Shown: positions 7,726-18,750, counted from the stretch's first letter. The stretch is 64,000 nt of DNA from an uncultured candidatus Porisulfidus sp. (GCA_965215125.1 OZ244052.1:448001-512000); one strand, 5' to 3'. A program made the numbers and translations. The notes: a model not told the origin generated them from the sequence alone.

Positions 7726-8594
7726 ACGGCAAATATTCGGGATCGGACGCGATAGATAAGTGCCAGCAAAAAACCGCTCAACAATCCGCCTATGTGTGCT
7801 GCATTCGCTACATAAATATCAACGAGGCTCAAAATCCCCGACATGCACAGCAACAACCAAAACAATAGAAAGGGTGCGATGCCGGGTGGCGGCGCGATGC
7901 CTTGCGATGAACCCTTTGTGTTGCGCGACTCCCAATATCCCCATAACCAACAATAACCGAATAATCCATAGACCACACCGGACAAGCCGCCGAATAAGAC
8001 GGACGGTTCGTAGATATACTGACACAGGTTGGAGATCATGCCGGTAGCAACGATAACGACGAGCAATCTAAGATGCGATTGCAGTCGTTCTATCCTTCGT
8101 CCGAACTCTATCAACCAAAGACCGTTGAACACCAGATGCAACAAACTGAAATGTAAAAATATCGGTGTTAGAATACGCCACCATTGGCCTCCGGTTATAC
8201 CGTCAATCGACGCAGTTGCATATAAAATATCCCGATCACCGACCCTGATGTCTTGAAAAACCAACCACGGCATCAGCGTGTTATTGCTCTCGGTGATTAG
8301 ATAAACCGATACCGCAAGTGTACTCGTTATCAGAACAACCGGATAATTTAAGATATTTTGCAAAGGCCTTAGGTGCGAAACACCGTCGGCTCGAGGCATA
8401 GGAGGCACCTCCAACTGTCCGTCGCACCATTGCTCAAACCATACACGAATTGTCTCGGGGTCGTGATGCGAGCGTAGAACTTGCCGCCCACCGTGCTCGA
8501 CGATCCGATGCGAGATACCTTGTGTAGATAAAAATCTGCTGAATGCAGATAAATCTCTTTCCAAGGAGACGGTTAATACATCGGTCCAATCCAT
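7722..8594 (-). CDS. glpG: Rhomboid intramembrane serine protease (GlpG-like)
   Basis: QWWRILTPIFLHF...HLVFN, GGLSGVVYG, ANAAHIGG. Confidence 0.9.
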   Translation of the reverse strand: MDWTDVLTVSLERDLSAFSRFLSTQGISHRIVEHGGRQVLRSHHDPETIRVWFEQWCDGQLEVPPMPRADGVSHLRPLQNILNYPVVLITSTLAVSVYLITESNNTLMPWLVFQDIRVGDRDILYATASIDGITGGQWWRILTPIFLHFSLLHLVFNGLWLIEFGRRIERLQSHLRLLVVIVATGMISNLCQYIYEPSVLFGGLSGVVYGLFGYCWLWGYWESRNTKGSSQGIAPPPGIAPFLLFWLLLCMSGILSLVDIYVANAAHIGGLLSGFLLALIYRVRSRIFAV

Positions 8595-8660
8595 TATCTT
8601 TATTTTAGTACCGAAGCATTGTGCGAATGCACGACATATAGGTGGGCTAACATACGCTCC

Positions 8661-9530
8661 CTACATAATAGATGCCATTTCGCAGCCTACTTTGACCTCG
8701 GAACCGGGTTGGTACAGCGGGTTCCAGTTGAGGTTTTCATTATTAATCAATAGTACGACGGTTGAACCGATGTTGAAGCGTCCCATCTCCGCACCTTTAT
8801 CCAATTCAACGATCGGATGTGTAGCGGTGTCCTCATCGTAGCGATGATAGCTTAATGCCAAAGCACCGGGACTTACCAATCCGTGCCAAACCGTTTCTAT
8901 CGCCGAAACATTGACTGCACCGACCATCACGACGGCGGTGGGGCCGTGCTCGGTATCAAAAACAGAAATGACCCTTTCGTTTTTGGTGTAGAGGCGCGGT
9001 ATCACCCGAGTTGCATAGGGTGCTACGCTGAACAGACGGCCGGGTATGTGAATCATCGTCCTAAGCCTTCCTGCCAGCGGTGTATGCACGCGATGGTAAT
9101 GACGAGGACCTAAATAGATAGTGCAGAAAAAACCGCGCGCAAAGGCTTCACTCACCCTAGGGGTCAATAGTTCGCCAACACTATACTCTTGACTCTTGGC
9201 TTGCACTACATGCCCTGCCTCAATTTTTCCGATCTGAACCACGATGCCGTCGCACGGAGAGACAACGATATTAGAACCTTGATGGATCGGACGGATATCG
9301 GGTTTGAGTGCGCGTGTGAAAAATGCATTAAAACTGGGATAATCGTCTATATTGCCGATTTCGGCTTCGCTTAAATCAACCTTGAAAACACGTACGAACA
9401 GTTTTATTACATAACCGACACCGGGCATCTCTAAGCGGCTCAACGTCAGCGTCAAGCGCGAGACTAAATGGTGAGGAAAAAAATGAAACAGCCACCCTTT
9501 GGTGCGTTCCCATAAACTAACTTGTTCCAT
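8661..9530 (-). CDS. psd: Phosphatidylserine decarboxylase proenzyme
   Basis: FNAFFTRALK, SPCDG, YLGPRHYHRVH, KNERV, GRFNIGSTVV cleavage motif. Confidence 0.95.
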   Translation of the reverse strand: MEQVSLWERTKGWLFHFFPHHLVSRLTLTLSRLEMPGVGYVIKLFVRVFKVDLSEAEIGNIDDYPSFNAFFTRALKPDIRPIHQGSNIVVSPCDGIVVQIGKIEAGHVVQAKSQEYSVGELLTPRVSEAFARGFFCTIYLGPRHYHRVHTPLAGRLRTMIHIPGRLFSVAPYATRVIPRLYTKNERVISVFDTEHGPTAVVMVGAVNVSAIETVWHGLVSPGALALSYHRYDEDTATHPIVELDKGAEMGRFNIGSTVVLLINNENLNWNPLYQPGSEVKVGCEMASIM

Positions 9531-9615
9531 ATACTAGATTAAAGAAAAATTAAAATTGACACTCTAATAATGTAGAATTATCCGCCTATACGGAGATTAA
9601 TTATATCAAACAACG

Positions 9616-11013
9616 ATGAATATAGAGATTACCATTGCATTATTTGCTGTTATCGCAGCGGCGGTGTTCGCATATTTATATAAGCAATCTAAATCGCAAG
9701 CAAACGCACAACGCACAAAGTTGAACGATGCAAACGAACAGATGGCAACCCTAAGGGCTGAAAACGCCGCTTTGCAAAACAGTAAGGAAGAAAAATCCGA
9801 ACGGTTGCTAAAAGCCGATGAGGATTGTAGCGCATTGCGTAAGCGGAATACGCAGCTTGAAATCGATAATCGCGAGCAGCATACCAAACTCAAAGCCGAG
9901 CGAGACAAACTGCAAATTTTAGAGGCTCAGTTTGAAAAGCAAAAGTTGCAACTCAAAGACGAGTTTAAGTCTTTATCGGAAGATATCTTGAAGCAACGAC
10001 AACAGTCACTGCACGAACAAAACAAAGAAGGCATAGGGGCATTGATTAAACCTTTGCAAGAACAAATCTGGCAATTTCAAAAGCGTGTGAACGATGTGCA
10101 TAGCGAGACGATCAAAGGCCATACCAGTCTAGAGAGCGAAATAAAGAAAGTAATGGAGGTTGGCTTAAAAATAGGCGAGGATGCCGACAATCTGAGTTCG
10201 GCACTCAAAGGCGACCCTCGCCAACGCGGGGCTTGGGGCGAGGCGCAGTTGGAACGCACTCTGGAGATGAGCGGTCTGGTTAAAGATACCCACTACCGCA
10301 AGCAGGCCGCTTTCAAGGATCGGGACGGCAAGCACAAAATGATAGATTATCTGGTTATGCTCCCCGACGACCACCACATCGTCATAGATAGCAAAGTCTC
10401 GTTACTCGCTTATGACCGGGCTGTTGCGGCGAAAGACGAAAGCACACAGGTTGTTGCAATGGATGAGCACATCAAAGCTATTAAAAAGCACATAGACGAT
10501 TTGGCGGCAAAAGATTACACCGATCTAATCGGAGTACACAGCCCTAATTATGTTCTAATGTTTATGCCCATAGAATCGGCTTATATAGAAGCACTCAAAT
10601 GGGACAGAGATTTATTCGGTTACGGCTACGGTAAAAATATCGTTTTGGTCTCTCATACGACACTGATACCGATACTGCGAGTCGTCGCCAATCTGTGGAT
10701 GCTCGAGCAAAGCAATCGGCAAGCACGAGAAATCGGCAACAACGCCGGCGATATCTATAACTCGGTATGCCTACTCGCCGAGCGTATACAAAAGCTCGGC
10801 GACACACTCAATACCGCAAGCAAACATTACAATGATGCGGTCACGACGATTTCCGGACGACAAGGAATACAAGGGAAAGTAGCGCGTTTCGCCCGCCTTT
10901 CAACCAGAGCAAACAAAAAAATGCCCGATTTAGAGCATCGCCATTTTGAATATAAGACTAATTCACTTAATATACAGCCTGCCGAGAAAAATCCCTCCGA
11001 AGGCAATAAATAA
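9616..11013 (+). CDS. rmuC: DNA recombination protein RmuC
   Basis: TM anchor, coiled coil, GAWGEAQLERTLE.SGL, IDSKVSL, LMFMPIE. Confidence 0.93.
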   Translation: MNIEITIALFAVIAAAVFAYLYKQSKSQANAQRTKLNDANEQMATLRAENAALQNSKEEKSERLLKADEDCSALRKRNTQLEIDNREQHTKLKAERDKLQILEAQFEKQKLQLKDEFKSLSEDILKQRQQSLHEQNKEGIGALIKPLQEQIWQFQKRVNDVHSETIKGHTSLESEIKKVMEVGLKIGEDADNLSSALKGDPRQRGAWGEAQLERTLEMSGLVKDTHYRKQAAFKDRDGKHKMIDYLVMLPDDHHIVIDSKVSLLAYDRAVAAKDESTQVVAMDEHIKAIKKHIDDLAAKDYTDLIGVHSPNYVLMFMPIESAYIEALKWDRDLFGYGYGKNIVLVSHTTLIPILRVVANLWMLEQSNRQAREIGNNAGDIYNSVCLLAERIQKLGDTLNTASKHYNDAVTTISGRQGIQGKVARFARLSTRANKKMPDLEHRHFEYKTNSLNIQPAEKNPSEGNK

Positions 11014-11111
11014 TTCACAAATGTGTTACAATGCCCTATACATTAATCAAATAATATAAACAATAACGATAATGTCATTAAACATAGATAGAATATACGA
11101 GGAATAGAACT

Positions 11112-11984
11112 ATGAAAACAAAAGTTACTAAGAAAAAATCCTCCTCTCTCTCTCAACCTCCCTCGAAAAAGAAGACCGCAAAGAAGAAATCTTCGGTGCC
11201 CAAAACCCGTACACCCCAAAAGAAGGTCGTTAAGAAAAAGACTCCGAATCGAAAAACCGGTACGCCCTCAAAGAAAGTCGTTAAGAAAAAAGCTCCGACT
11301 CGAAAAACCCGTACGCCCCCAAAGAAGGTCGTTAAGAAAAAGGCTCCGACTCGAAAAACCGGTACGCCCTCAAAGAAGGTCGTTAAGAAAAAAGCTCCGA
11401 CTCGAAAAACCCGTACGCCCCCAAAGAAGGTCGTTAAGAAAAAGGCTCCGACTCGAAAAACCGGTACGCCCCCAAAGAAGGTCGTTAAGAAAAAAACTCC
11501 GACTCGAAAAACCGGTACGCCTCAAAAGAAGGTCGTTAAGAAAAAGACTGCGGCTAGAAAAAGTAATCCCATACAGATCAGTGAGATTAAAAGGAAATCG
11601 CGCGGGTTGCAACGAAGCAAAAAGTATATGGATAGTCAACAGTTGGAGTACTTTCGCAATATCCTACTATCACGCAGAGAAGAATTGATAAGCGAAGCAG
11701 GTCGTATGGTAGATTATATGCAAACCGGTTCTAATACTTATGCCGATGCCATAGATCAAGCAAGTCAAGAGGAAGAGTTTACTCTACAATTGAAGGAACG
11801 CGATAGAGAAAGGAAGTTGCTACAAAAAATAGACGAAGCCCTCGCTAAAATAGATAAGCAAGAATACGGTTTTTGTGTCTCCTGCGGAGCCGAGATCGGC
11901 ATTAGTAGACTAGAGGCAAGGCCGACAACCGATCAATGCATAGATTGCAAAGAAATCGACGAACTCAGAGAGCGGCATTACTAG
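11112..11984 (+). CDS. dksA: RNA polymerase-binding factor DksA with Lys-rich repetitive N-terminal extension
   Basis: YMDSQQLEYFR, DAIDQASQEEE, RDRERKLL.KI, zinc finger CVSCG...RLEARPTT..CIDCK. Confidence 0.93.
   Translation: MKTKVTKKKSSSLSQPPSKKKTAKKKSSVPKTRTPQKKVVKKKTPNRKTGTPSKKVVKKKAPTRKTRTPPKKVVKKKAPTRKTGTPSKKVVKKKAPTRKTRTPPKKVVKKKAPTRKTGTPPKKVVKKKTPTRKTGTPQKKVVKKKTAARKSNPIQISEIKRKSRGLQRSKKYMDSQQLEYFRNILLSRREELISEAGRMVDYMQTGSNTYADAIDQASQEEEFTLQLKERDRERKLLQKIDEALAKIDKQEYGFCVSCGAEIGISRLEARPTTDQCIDCKEIDELRERHY
11205..11561 (+). repeat. 7 x 51-bp coding tandem repeat, T[RG]TP[QSP]KKVVKKK[AT]PTRK
   Basis: Directly visible in the DNA and in the translation. Confidence 0.95.
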
Positions 11985-12013
11985 GCACTCGCTCGTTTAT
12001 AAAAGCCAACCGT

Positions 12014-12232
12014 GGGGCTGTTGAAAAAATACCGTTCTGCACAATCGCAACCGCTTGCACCCATTCCCCCCCTGTGGAGGGGTGGCCTATGCATTTTGCA
12101 ATGCATGCGTTTAGCAGTCATGATGAGGTTCTGCACAAAGTCACGCCGATTGACCTACCGGTTCAATCGGCGGTTCTATTGAGCCCGACGGGGTGGTCTT
12201 TCGTGTCTGTACAAACCCAACGCGCTATGCGA
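12014..12232 (-). repeat. Repeat island B (long form) between convergent dksA and nrdB
   Basis: Reverse complement of the ~150-bp unit at 39530-39670; CCCC..GGAGGGG hairpin, CGCCGATTGA..TCAATCGGCG hairpin and GGGGCTGTTGAAAAA. Confidence 0.9.
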
Positions 12233-12281
12233 ACACGGCGCGTTGGTATAGCAGATAAACGTTTGCGGTAGATCGGCGGTA

Positions 12282-13472
12282 TTACTCCCAGTTTAGCGCA
12301 CCACCGGTTTGGTATTCGGTCACTCTAGTCTCAAAAAAATTCTTTTCTTTCTTTAAGTCCAGCACTTCCGACATCCATGGGAAAGGGTTGACTACACCGG
12401 AAAATTGCTCCGGCAATCCGATTTGATTAAAACGGCGGTTAGCTATGAATTCTACGTATTGTCTAAATAAGCCGGCATTCATTCCTAGCATGCCTCGCGG
12501 CATCGTATCTTCGGCATAGAGCTTCTCGTAGTTGACACCGTCTATAATCAAGTCTATGATTTCTCGCTTAAACTCCTCGGTCCACAAATGAGGATTTTCA
12601 AGTTTGATTTGATTGATTACATCTATGCCGAAGTTCATATGCATCGATTCATCTCGTAATATATATTGAAATTGTTCCGAGACACCGGTCATCTTATTAC
12701 GCCGCCCCATAGATAAAATTTGGGCGAAACCGACATAAAAGAAAACACCTTCGAATACGACATAGAAAGCAATCAGGTCGCGCAATAGACGTTGGTCGTT
12801 TTCCATAGTGCCGGTCCTAAAGTTAGGGTCGCTGAGGCTTTGCGTGTAAGGCAATGCCCATTCCGATTTTTTAGCTACCGACGGAAGTTCTCTATACATA
12901 TTGAACACTTCGCCTTCGTCCAAAGATAAAGACTCGATACAATACTGATAGGCGTGAGTATGCAAAGCCTCTTCAAAAGCCTGACGCAATAAGTATTGGC
13001 GACATTCCGGATTGGTAATATGACGGTACACCGCCAATACTAGATTATTAGCGACTAAGGAATCGGCAGTAGAAAAAAATCCTAAATTGCGCTTGACCAC
13101 CATGCGCTCGTCTTCGGTCAAACCCTCGGCATCTTTCCATAGCTTTATATCCGCAGTCATATTAATTTCTTGCGGCATCCAATGGTTGCCGCATGCAGCG
13201 AGGTATTTATCCCACGCCCATTCGTATTTGAACGGTACCAGCTGATTGAGGTCGGCACGACAATTGATAATCTGCTTATCGTCTACTCTTATGCGGGATG
13301 CACCCATCTCTATAGATTCCAAGCCGGTAGTGCCACCCTGATCTATCTCCGGTTGCGATTCCGCGTTATCCGGTGCTAAATTTTCTGCGGTGGCCTTTGT
13401 AGACCTAAAACTATTCGTTGCCGATTCGGTAAAGGGGTCTTCCCAATCCGGTAAAAATTTACTCTGCTGCAT
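12282..13472 (-). CDS. nrdB: Ribonucleotide reductase class Ia beta subunit
   Basis: [26 protein letters not shown] (radical Tyr present), [17 protein letters not shown]; start 13472 has a GGAGG RBS (ORF track 13496). Confidence 0.97.
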   Translation of the reverse strand: MQQSKFLPDWEDPFTESATNSFRSTKATAENLAPDNAESQPEIDQGGTTGLESIEMGASRIRVDDKQIINCRADLNQLVPFKYEWAWDKYLAACGNHWMPQEINMTADIKLWKDAEGLTEDERMVVKRNLGFFSTADSLVANNLVLAVYRHITNPECRQYLLRQAFEEALHTHAYQYCIESLSLDEGEVFNMYRELPSVAKKSEWALPYTQSLSDPNFRTGTMENDQRLLRDLIAFYVVFEGVFFYVGFAQILSMGRRNKMTGVSEQFQYILRDESMHMNFGIDVINQIKLENPHLWTEEFKREIIDLIIDGVNYEKLYAEDTMPRGMLGMNAGLFRQYVEFIANRRFNQIGLPEQFSGVVNPFPWMSEVLDLKKEKNFFETRVTEYQTGGALNWE

Positions 13473-13502
13473 AATACCTCCCTTTTTGTTTATCAAATCA
13501 AT

Positions 13503-16418
13503 CTACTGACATACCTCGCAGTCCGCATCCAACACCGGACATGGCTGTTGACCGTTGTCCGAGATATCGACTGCATTCAACTTGCCGTCGACGGTCTCCA
13601 TCGTACTCTTTTCAACATGGGTTGCGCCGAGGGCTCGCAAATAATATGTCGTTTTTAATCCTTGTAGCCAAGCTAATTTATAAAGTGTGTCTAATTTCTT
13701 TCCCGAAGGTTCTGCCATATAGAGATTCAGCGATTCCGATTGATCTATCCATTTTTGACGTCGCGCAGCAGCCTCAACCAACCATCTAGGGTCCAGTTCA
13801 AACGCAGTCGCATAAATCGCTTTCAAATCGTCGGGAACACGCTCTATTTTTTGTATGCTGCCGTCGTAATACTTGAGGTCATTGACCATAACCTCATCCC
13901 ATAAACCCAGCTGTTTCAAATCTTTCACCAAGTACTCGTTGATTACCGTAAACTCACCCGATAGATTGGATTTCACATAGAGGTTTTGATAGGTCGGTTC
14001 TATGCTTTGAGAAACCGAACAGATATTGGAAATCGTTGCGGTCGGTGCGATCGCCATCGTATTAGAATTTCTCATGCCGTATTTTTTAACGCGTTTGCGT
14101 AGCGCATCCCAATCCATCGTCTTGGAGGTATCCATTTTCAAAAATCCGTCGCCGCCACGGCTCTTAGCGAGCAACTGTATAGAGTCTATAGGCAATATCC
14201 CTTGGCTCCACAACGAACCGTCGTAGGTCGAATAAACGCCTCTTTCCCTCGCCAGTTCAACCGATGCTTCAATCGCATAATAGCTGATCGCCTCCATAGA
14301 ACGATCGGCAAATTCAACCGCCTCCCGGTTCGCATAAGGGATACGCAATTTATAGAGTGCGTCTTGAAAACCCATCATACCCAAACCGACCGGACGGTGT
14401 CTCAGATTGGAGGCCCTCGCTTTTATAACACTGTAATAATTATATTCGATGACATTATCCAACATCCGCATCGCGGTATGTATGGTTTTGCGTAGCTTAT
14501 CGGTATCGAGTCCCCTGGCTCCCAAGTGCGCAACCAAATTGACCGAACCCAAGTTGCACACTGCAATCTCTTCGTCGCTGGTGTTGAGCGTAATCTCGGT
14601 ACATAAATTGGAAGAATGCACTGTGCCTTTGTGCTGTTGCGGTGAGCGTAAATTGCAAGGGTCTTTGAATGTCAACCACGGGTGACCGGTTTCATACAGC
14701 ATGCTCAACATTTTGCGCCACAAATCAACCGCTTTTATCCGCTTATAGCGTTTGATATCGCCCCGCTCGGCTGCAGATTCGTATTCTGCATAACGTTTTT
14801 CAAATTCTGTCCCGTACAGTTCGTGTAAATCGGGAACCTCGTCGGGTGAAAACAAAGTCCACATTTCATCGCTTTTGACGCGCTTCATAAAGAGATCGGG
14901 AATCCAATTCGCGGTATTCATATCGTGAGTACGCCGACGATCGTCGCCGGTATTTTTTCTAAGTTCCAAAAACTCCTCTATATCTAAATGCCAGGTCTCC
15001 AGATAAGCACAAACTGCGCCTTTACGTTTACCGCCTTGATTGACGGCAACCGCAGTATCGTTCGCTACTTTTAGAAAGGGTACGATACCTTGCGATTCGC
15101 CGTTAGTACTCTTGATGTAAGAACCCATCGCACGCACGCGCGACCAATCGTTGCCTAGACCGCCGGCAAACTTGGACAACATCGCGTTATCCTGTATCGC
15201 ACCGAATATACCCAGCAAGTCGTCGGAGACAGTCGTCAAATAACAAGACGACAACTGCGGGCAACGCGTGCCGGAATTAAATAAGGTCGGCGTAGAACTC
15301 ATAAAAGCAAAACTGGATAACAAGTTATAAAACTCTATAGCCCTATCCTCTCGGTCAATCTCGTTAATCGCCAACCCCATCGCAACACGCATAAAAAATG
15401 CTTGCGGCAACTCAAAACGCACTTTATAGGAGTGTATAAAATAGCGGTCATACAAGGTCTGCAAGCCCAAATAATTAAAACTCAGATCGTTCTCGGGCTT
15501 TAATGCAGCTGCCAATTTTTGCAAATCAAATTCGTTATGCAAACGCATATCGAGCAACTCAAGTTCACACGCACGCTTGATGTATCGGACAAAATAGTCC
15601 GGATACTGTTGCGCCATTTCACTAAAAGTTGCCTCGGTATATTGTTTATCCATAAACGATAATGCCTCGCAACGTAGCCTGTCCAACAATAGACGTGCGG
15701 CAACCTTAGCATACGCAGGTTCTTTTTCCACCATAGAACGCGCACTGAAAATCAGCGCATCGCTAAGATTTTTAACATTGATGCCGTTGAAGATATTATG
15801 ACGAGCCTCTTTTATAATCATCTCGCTATCCACATCGGCAATACCTTCGCATGCTTCTTTAGATATTTTAAGCACACGATTCCAATCCAACGGTTTACTT
15901 TCGTCGTCTCCGTACTTAACTAGAATTTCCTCGCTTTCGGTCTTTTTATCGGGTTGCTTCTCTAATTCTTGGGCGGTGCGTTCGCGAGCACGTTGTTCAC
16001 GATAAAGCACATAAGAGCGAGCAACCTTATAGTGACCGTTGCGCATCAAGGCTAATTCAACCTGATCCTGTATATCTTCTATATGAAAAGTGGAACCTGC
16101 CGTGCGTGAACGGGTCAAACCCTCTACGACTTGGTCGGTCAGGCCGGCAATCGTCTCCCGAACCCTAGGCGATGCTGCCGCAGCACTCCCTTCTACCGCA
16201 ATAAATGCTTTGCTCATCGCAACGTAGATCTTACTGTTATCAAATACGGTGACCTTACCGTTACGGCGTATCACTTTGAATTGTCCCGGTGCGGTGTTTG
16301 ATACCTCGGCAACATCGAGTCCGGATATATTTTGAGAGATATGAGAGGACGTAGTCGGTTGAGGGTGAACGCGGTCTATCGTTTGTGATTTACCACCGTT
16401 CTTATTTATTACATTCAT
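13503..16418 (-). CDS. nrdA: Ribonucleotide reductase class Ia alpha subunit with two ATP-cone-like regions
   Basis: VIRRNGKV, TPTLFNSG, LSSCYL, SSNLCTEI, APTATIS, KTTYYLR, C-terminal CPV..DCEVCQ. Confidence 0.97.
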   Translation of the reverse strand: MNVINKNGGKSQTIDRVHPQPTTSSHISQNISGLDVAEVSNTAPGQFKVIRRNGKVTVFDNSKIYVAMSKAFIAVEGSAAAASPRVRETIAGLTDQVVEGLTRSRTAGSTFHIEDIQDQVELALMRNGHYKVARSYVLYREQRARERTAQELEKQPDKKTESEEILVKYGDDESKPLDWNRVLKISKEACEGIADVDSEMIIKEARHNIFNGINVKNLSDALIFSARSMVEKEPAYAKVAARLLLDRLRCEALSFMDKQYTEATFSEMAQQYPDYFVRYIKRACELELLDMRLHNEFDLQKLAAALKPENDLSFNYLGLQTLYDRYFIHSYKVRFELPQAFFMRVAMGLAINEIDREDRAIEFYNLLSSFAFMSSTPTLFNSGTRCPQLSSCYLTTVSDDLLGIFGAIQDNAMLSKFAGGLGNDWSRVRAMGSYIKSTNGESQGIVPFLKVANDTAVAVNQGGKRKGAVCAYLETWHLDIEEFLELRKNTGDDRRRTHDMNTANWIPDLFMKRVKSDEMWTLFSPDEVPDLHELYGTEFEKRYAEYESAAERGDIKRYKRIKAVDLWRKMLSMLYETGHPWLTFKDPCNLRSPQQHKGTVHSSNLCTEITLNTSDEEIAVCNLGSVNLVAHLGARGLDTDKLRKTIHTAMRMLDNVIEYNYYSVIKARASNLRHRPVGLGMMGFQDALYKLRIPYANREAVEFADRSMEAISYYAIEASVELARERGVYSTYDGSLWSQGILPIDSIQLLAKSRGGDGFLKMDTSKTMDWDALRKRVKKYGMRNSNTMAIAPTATISNICSVSQSIEPTYQNLYVKSNLSGEFTVINEYLVKDLKQLGLWDEVMVNDLKYYDGSIQKIERVPDDLKAIYATAFELDPRWLVEAAARRQKWIDQSESLNLYMAEPSGKKLDTLYKLAWLQGLKTTYYLRALGATHVEKSTMETVDGKLNAVDISDNGQQPCPVLDADCEVCQ

Positions 16419-17074
16419 TCATTTAGACTAGTTGCTGTTAATCGGTTTTTTAATACCACCCGTCCGAAGTAACTTTCTTTTAAAATTCTTACTCTACAGA
16501 CCTTTAAAATTATAAAAATATATCTTTTTATTGTAATAAGTATATTAAATTAAAAAGAGCGACGCAAGAGGCATGCAAAGAATAAAGCACGCATTAGTTC
16601 TTAACTTAATCCGACGAACGAACTAAAAAATCCGATGAACAAATTTGTGTAGTTTTAGATATGTCGCTCAGAACAGTACCGCTAAACGACGGCTATAAAT
16701 GCCGACTAAAATTTAGTATATTCGGACCGCCGTACCGACTCTCACTGTTTCCGATTTAGGATAAGCCGTGTTCAAATATCCATAAACCGAATTAAAATAT
16801 TATCCTTAACTTCTGCAATTTGATTCGGCTATTAAGTCACCGTACGAGAGGCCTTATGGACCGGTGTGGATGCTAAATTCCAAACGATGCAACGATGAAA
16901 TTTCACATACACCGGTATTGATCATCTCTATACATTTATATATACAACAATGTCAAATATTCTAAAATTAACTCTCGGGCCTCCCCTTCGTAGAAGTATG
17001 CGCTTGGCAAATATGAAATCGGAAGAGAAATATGCGACTAGTCGGAACTGTAAAAATACTTATGTATTGCCACC

Positions 17075-17192
17075 TGTGGATAACTTTATGTATAAACCAA
17101 TTTTTATTATTATTTCAAACAGTTAATATAGGATAGGGCTGTGGATAAGTCATTGACTAAGCTGCACTAATCTGTGCATAAGCTGTGGATAA
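17075..17192. promoter_or_regulatory. DnaA-box array with IHF-like site
   Basis: TGTGGATAA at 17075, 17140 and 17184; TGTGCATAA at 17173; TATGTATAA at 17087; IHF-like TTTCAAACAGTTA at 17113-17125. Confidence 0.8.
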
Positions 17193-17468
17193 GTAACGTA
17201 TACAGCGAATTTGTCGCTTATTTCACCGATATAATTCGGCAATTCTGTAGCCCGGCGCAATAGGATCCTATACGCACAGATTGTCGCCAAAATTGAAACC
17301 TATGTATTATTCTATAAAAAACCTATATTTAGTTTGAATACATAGTTTATAGGCTTATAATAGGGATACGGTTTTTGGATGAACCTTTTGCTTTAATACC
17401 GGTGCTTCACTTGCAGATTAGGCAAATAGGCATACAATAGATACTTTTCCTCTATTAGCAAGGAGACT

Positions 17469-18737
17469 ATGAACAGATATTTATCTTTACGTATTATAAC
17501 GACATCGTTATTGATATTAGCAATCAGCGTTGGATTTTGGGGTAGCGGCATCTACTCCGCCAATGCCGAACAAGCGACTTTACCACTTAAAGAGTTGCGT
17601 ACATTCAGCGATGTCTACGGGCGCATCAAAACTTCTTATGTAGACGAAATAGACGATGCAACTTTAATTGAGGGAGCCATTGACGGGATGCTTGCGAAAC
17701 TCGACCCTTATTCGGTTTTTCTTAAAAAGAAATCGTACGAAGAACTCAAGGTCAACACAACCGGTAAATTCGGTGGTCTAGGCATAGAAGTTGATAAAGA
17801 AGGAGGTTTCGTTCATGTGATCGCGCCGATAGACGACACACCCGCAGAACGCGCAGGAATACAAGCAGGCGATTTAATATCGGAGATTAATAACAAATCG
17901 ACTAAAAGCCTGTCCTTGCAGGAGGCAGTAGAACAAATGCGCGGTGAAGTAGGCACCACGATTACTTTGACGATACTTCGCAAAAAAGAAAAAGAACCCG
18001 AGCAGAAAGAAACCCTATACAAAAAGTTATCTATCAGCTTGACGCGCGCGGTTATCAAGGTTCAAAACTCTCGCCATGTTCTACTCGAACCCGGTTTCGG
18101 TTATGTACGTATTTCTAAATTCCAGCAACGTACCAGTCAAGATCTGATGGAAAGCATCGAAGAACTAAACAAGGAAAACCAAAAACCGCTACAAGGATTG
18201 ATTGTAGATTTGCGCAATAATCCCGGCGGTATGCTCAACGAAGCGATCAATGTTGCAGACTTGTTTTTGCCCAATAAAACATCGGTAGTCTATACCAAAG
18301 GTAGGATTGAAGGTTCCACCATAGAATATAAAACATCCAGACCCGACCAAACCAACGGGCTAACCGTAATGTTACTAATCAACAAAGGTTCGGCTTCGGC
18401 TTCCGAAATTGTTGCCGGCGCGTTGCAAGATAACGATCGCGCAATGATCTTAGGCACGCAATCCTTCGGCAAAGGATCGGTGCAAACCGTACATCCTTTT
18501 GATGCGGAACATGCGCTCAAGCTGACCACCGCTAAGTACTACACGCCTTCCGGTATCTCAATACAAGATGTGGGCATCACACCGAATTTTGAGCACAAGT
18601 TTGAACAGCTCAGCGACGAAGAGGCGGAAGCACGCAATAAAATAAGCAGAAAAGACTTAAAAGCTCGCCTCGGCTACGACAGCCAAGTACAACAAGCAAT
18701 CAAAGAGCTGAAAAAGCTGGCACTAAAGCCGTCGTAG
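17469..18737 (+). CDS. ctpA: Carboxy-terminal processing protease (S41, PDZ)
   Basis: LDPYS, GKFGGLGIEV, DLRNNPGG, SASASEIVAGALQD, SFGKGSVQ, KLTTAKYYTPSG. Confidence 0.93.
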   Translation: MNRYLSLRIITTSLLILAISVGFWGSGIYSANAEQATLPLKELRTFSDVYGRIKTSYVDEIDDATLIEGAIDGMLAKLDPYSVFLKKKSYEELKVNTTGKFGGLGIEVDKEGGFVHVIAPIDDTPAERAGIQAGDLISEINNKSTKSLSLQEAVEQMRGEVGTTITLTILRKKEKEPEQKETLYKKLSISLTRAVIKVQNSRHVLLEPGFGYVRISKFQQRTSQDLMESIEELNKENQKPLQGLIVDLRNNPGGMLNEAINVADLFLPNKTSVVYTKGRIEGSTIEYKTSRPDQTNGLTVMLLINKGSASASEIVAGALQDNDRAMILGTQSFGKGSVQTVHPFDAEHALKLTTAKYYTPSGISIQDVGITPNFEHKFEQLSDEEAEARNKISRKDLKARLGYDSQVQQAIKELKKLALKPS

Positions 18738-18750
18738 AAGAAGTAATACG

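Noticed and set aside
12282-13472. Class Ic (Mn/Fe) or otherwise unusual RNR beta subunit
   Set aside because: The Asp ligand (TADSL) and radical Tyr (HTHAY) are present, as in class Ia; no intein or intron is visible in nrdA or nrdB.
17075-17192. Definitive oriC call
   Set aside because: No dnaA or gidA nearby, and highly expressed genes to the right point towards the site; kept only as an alternative hypothesis.
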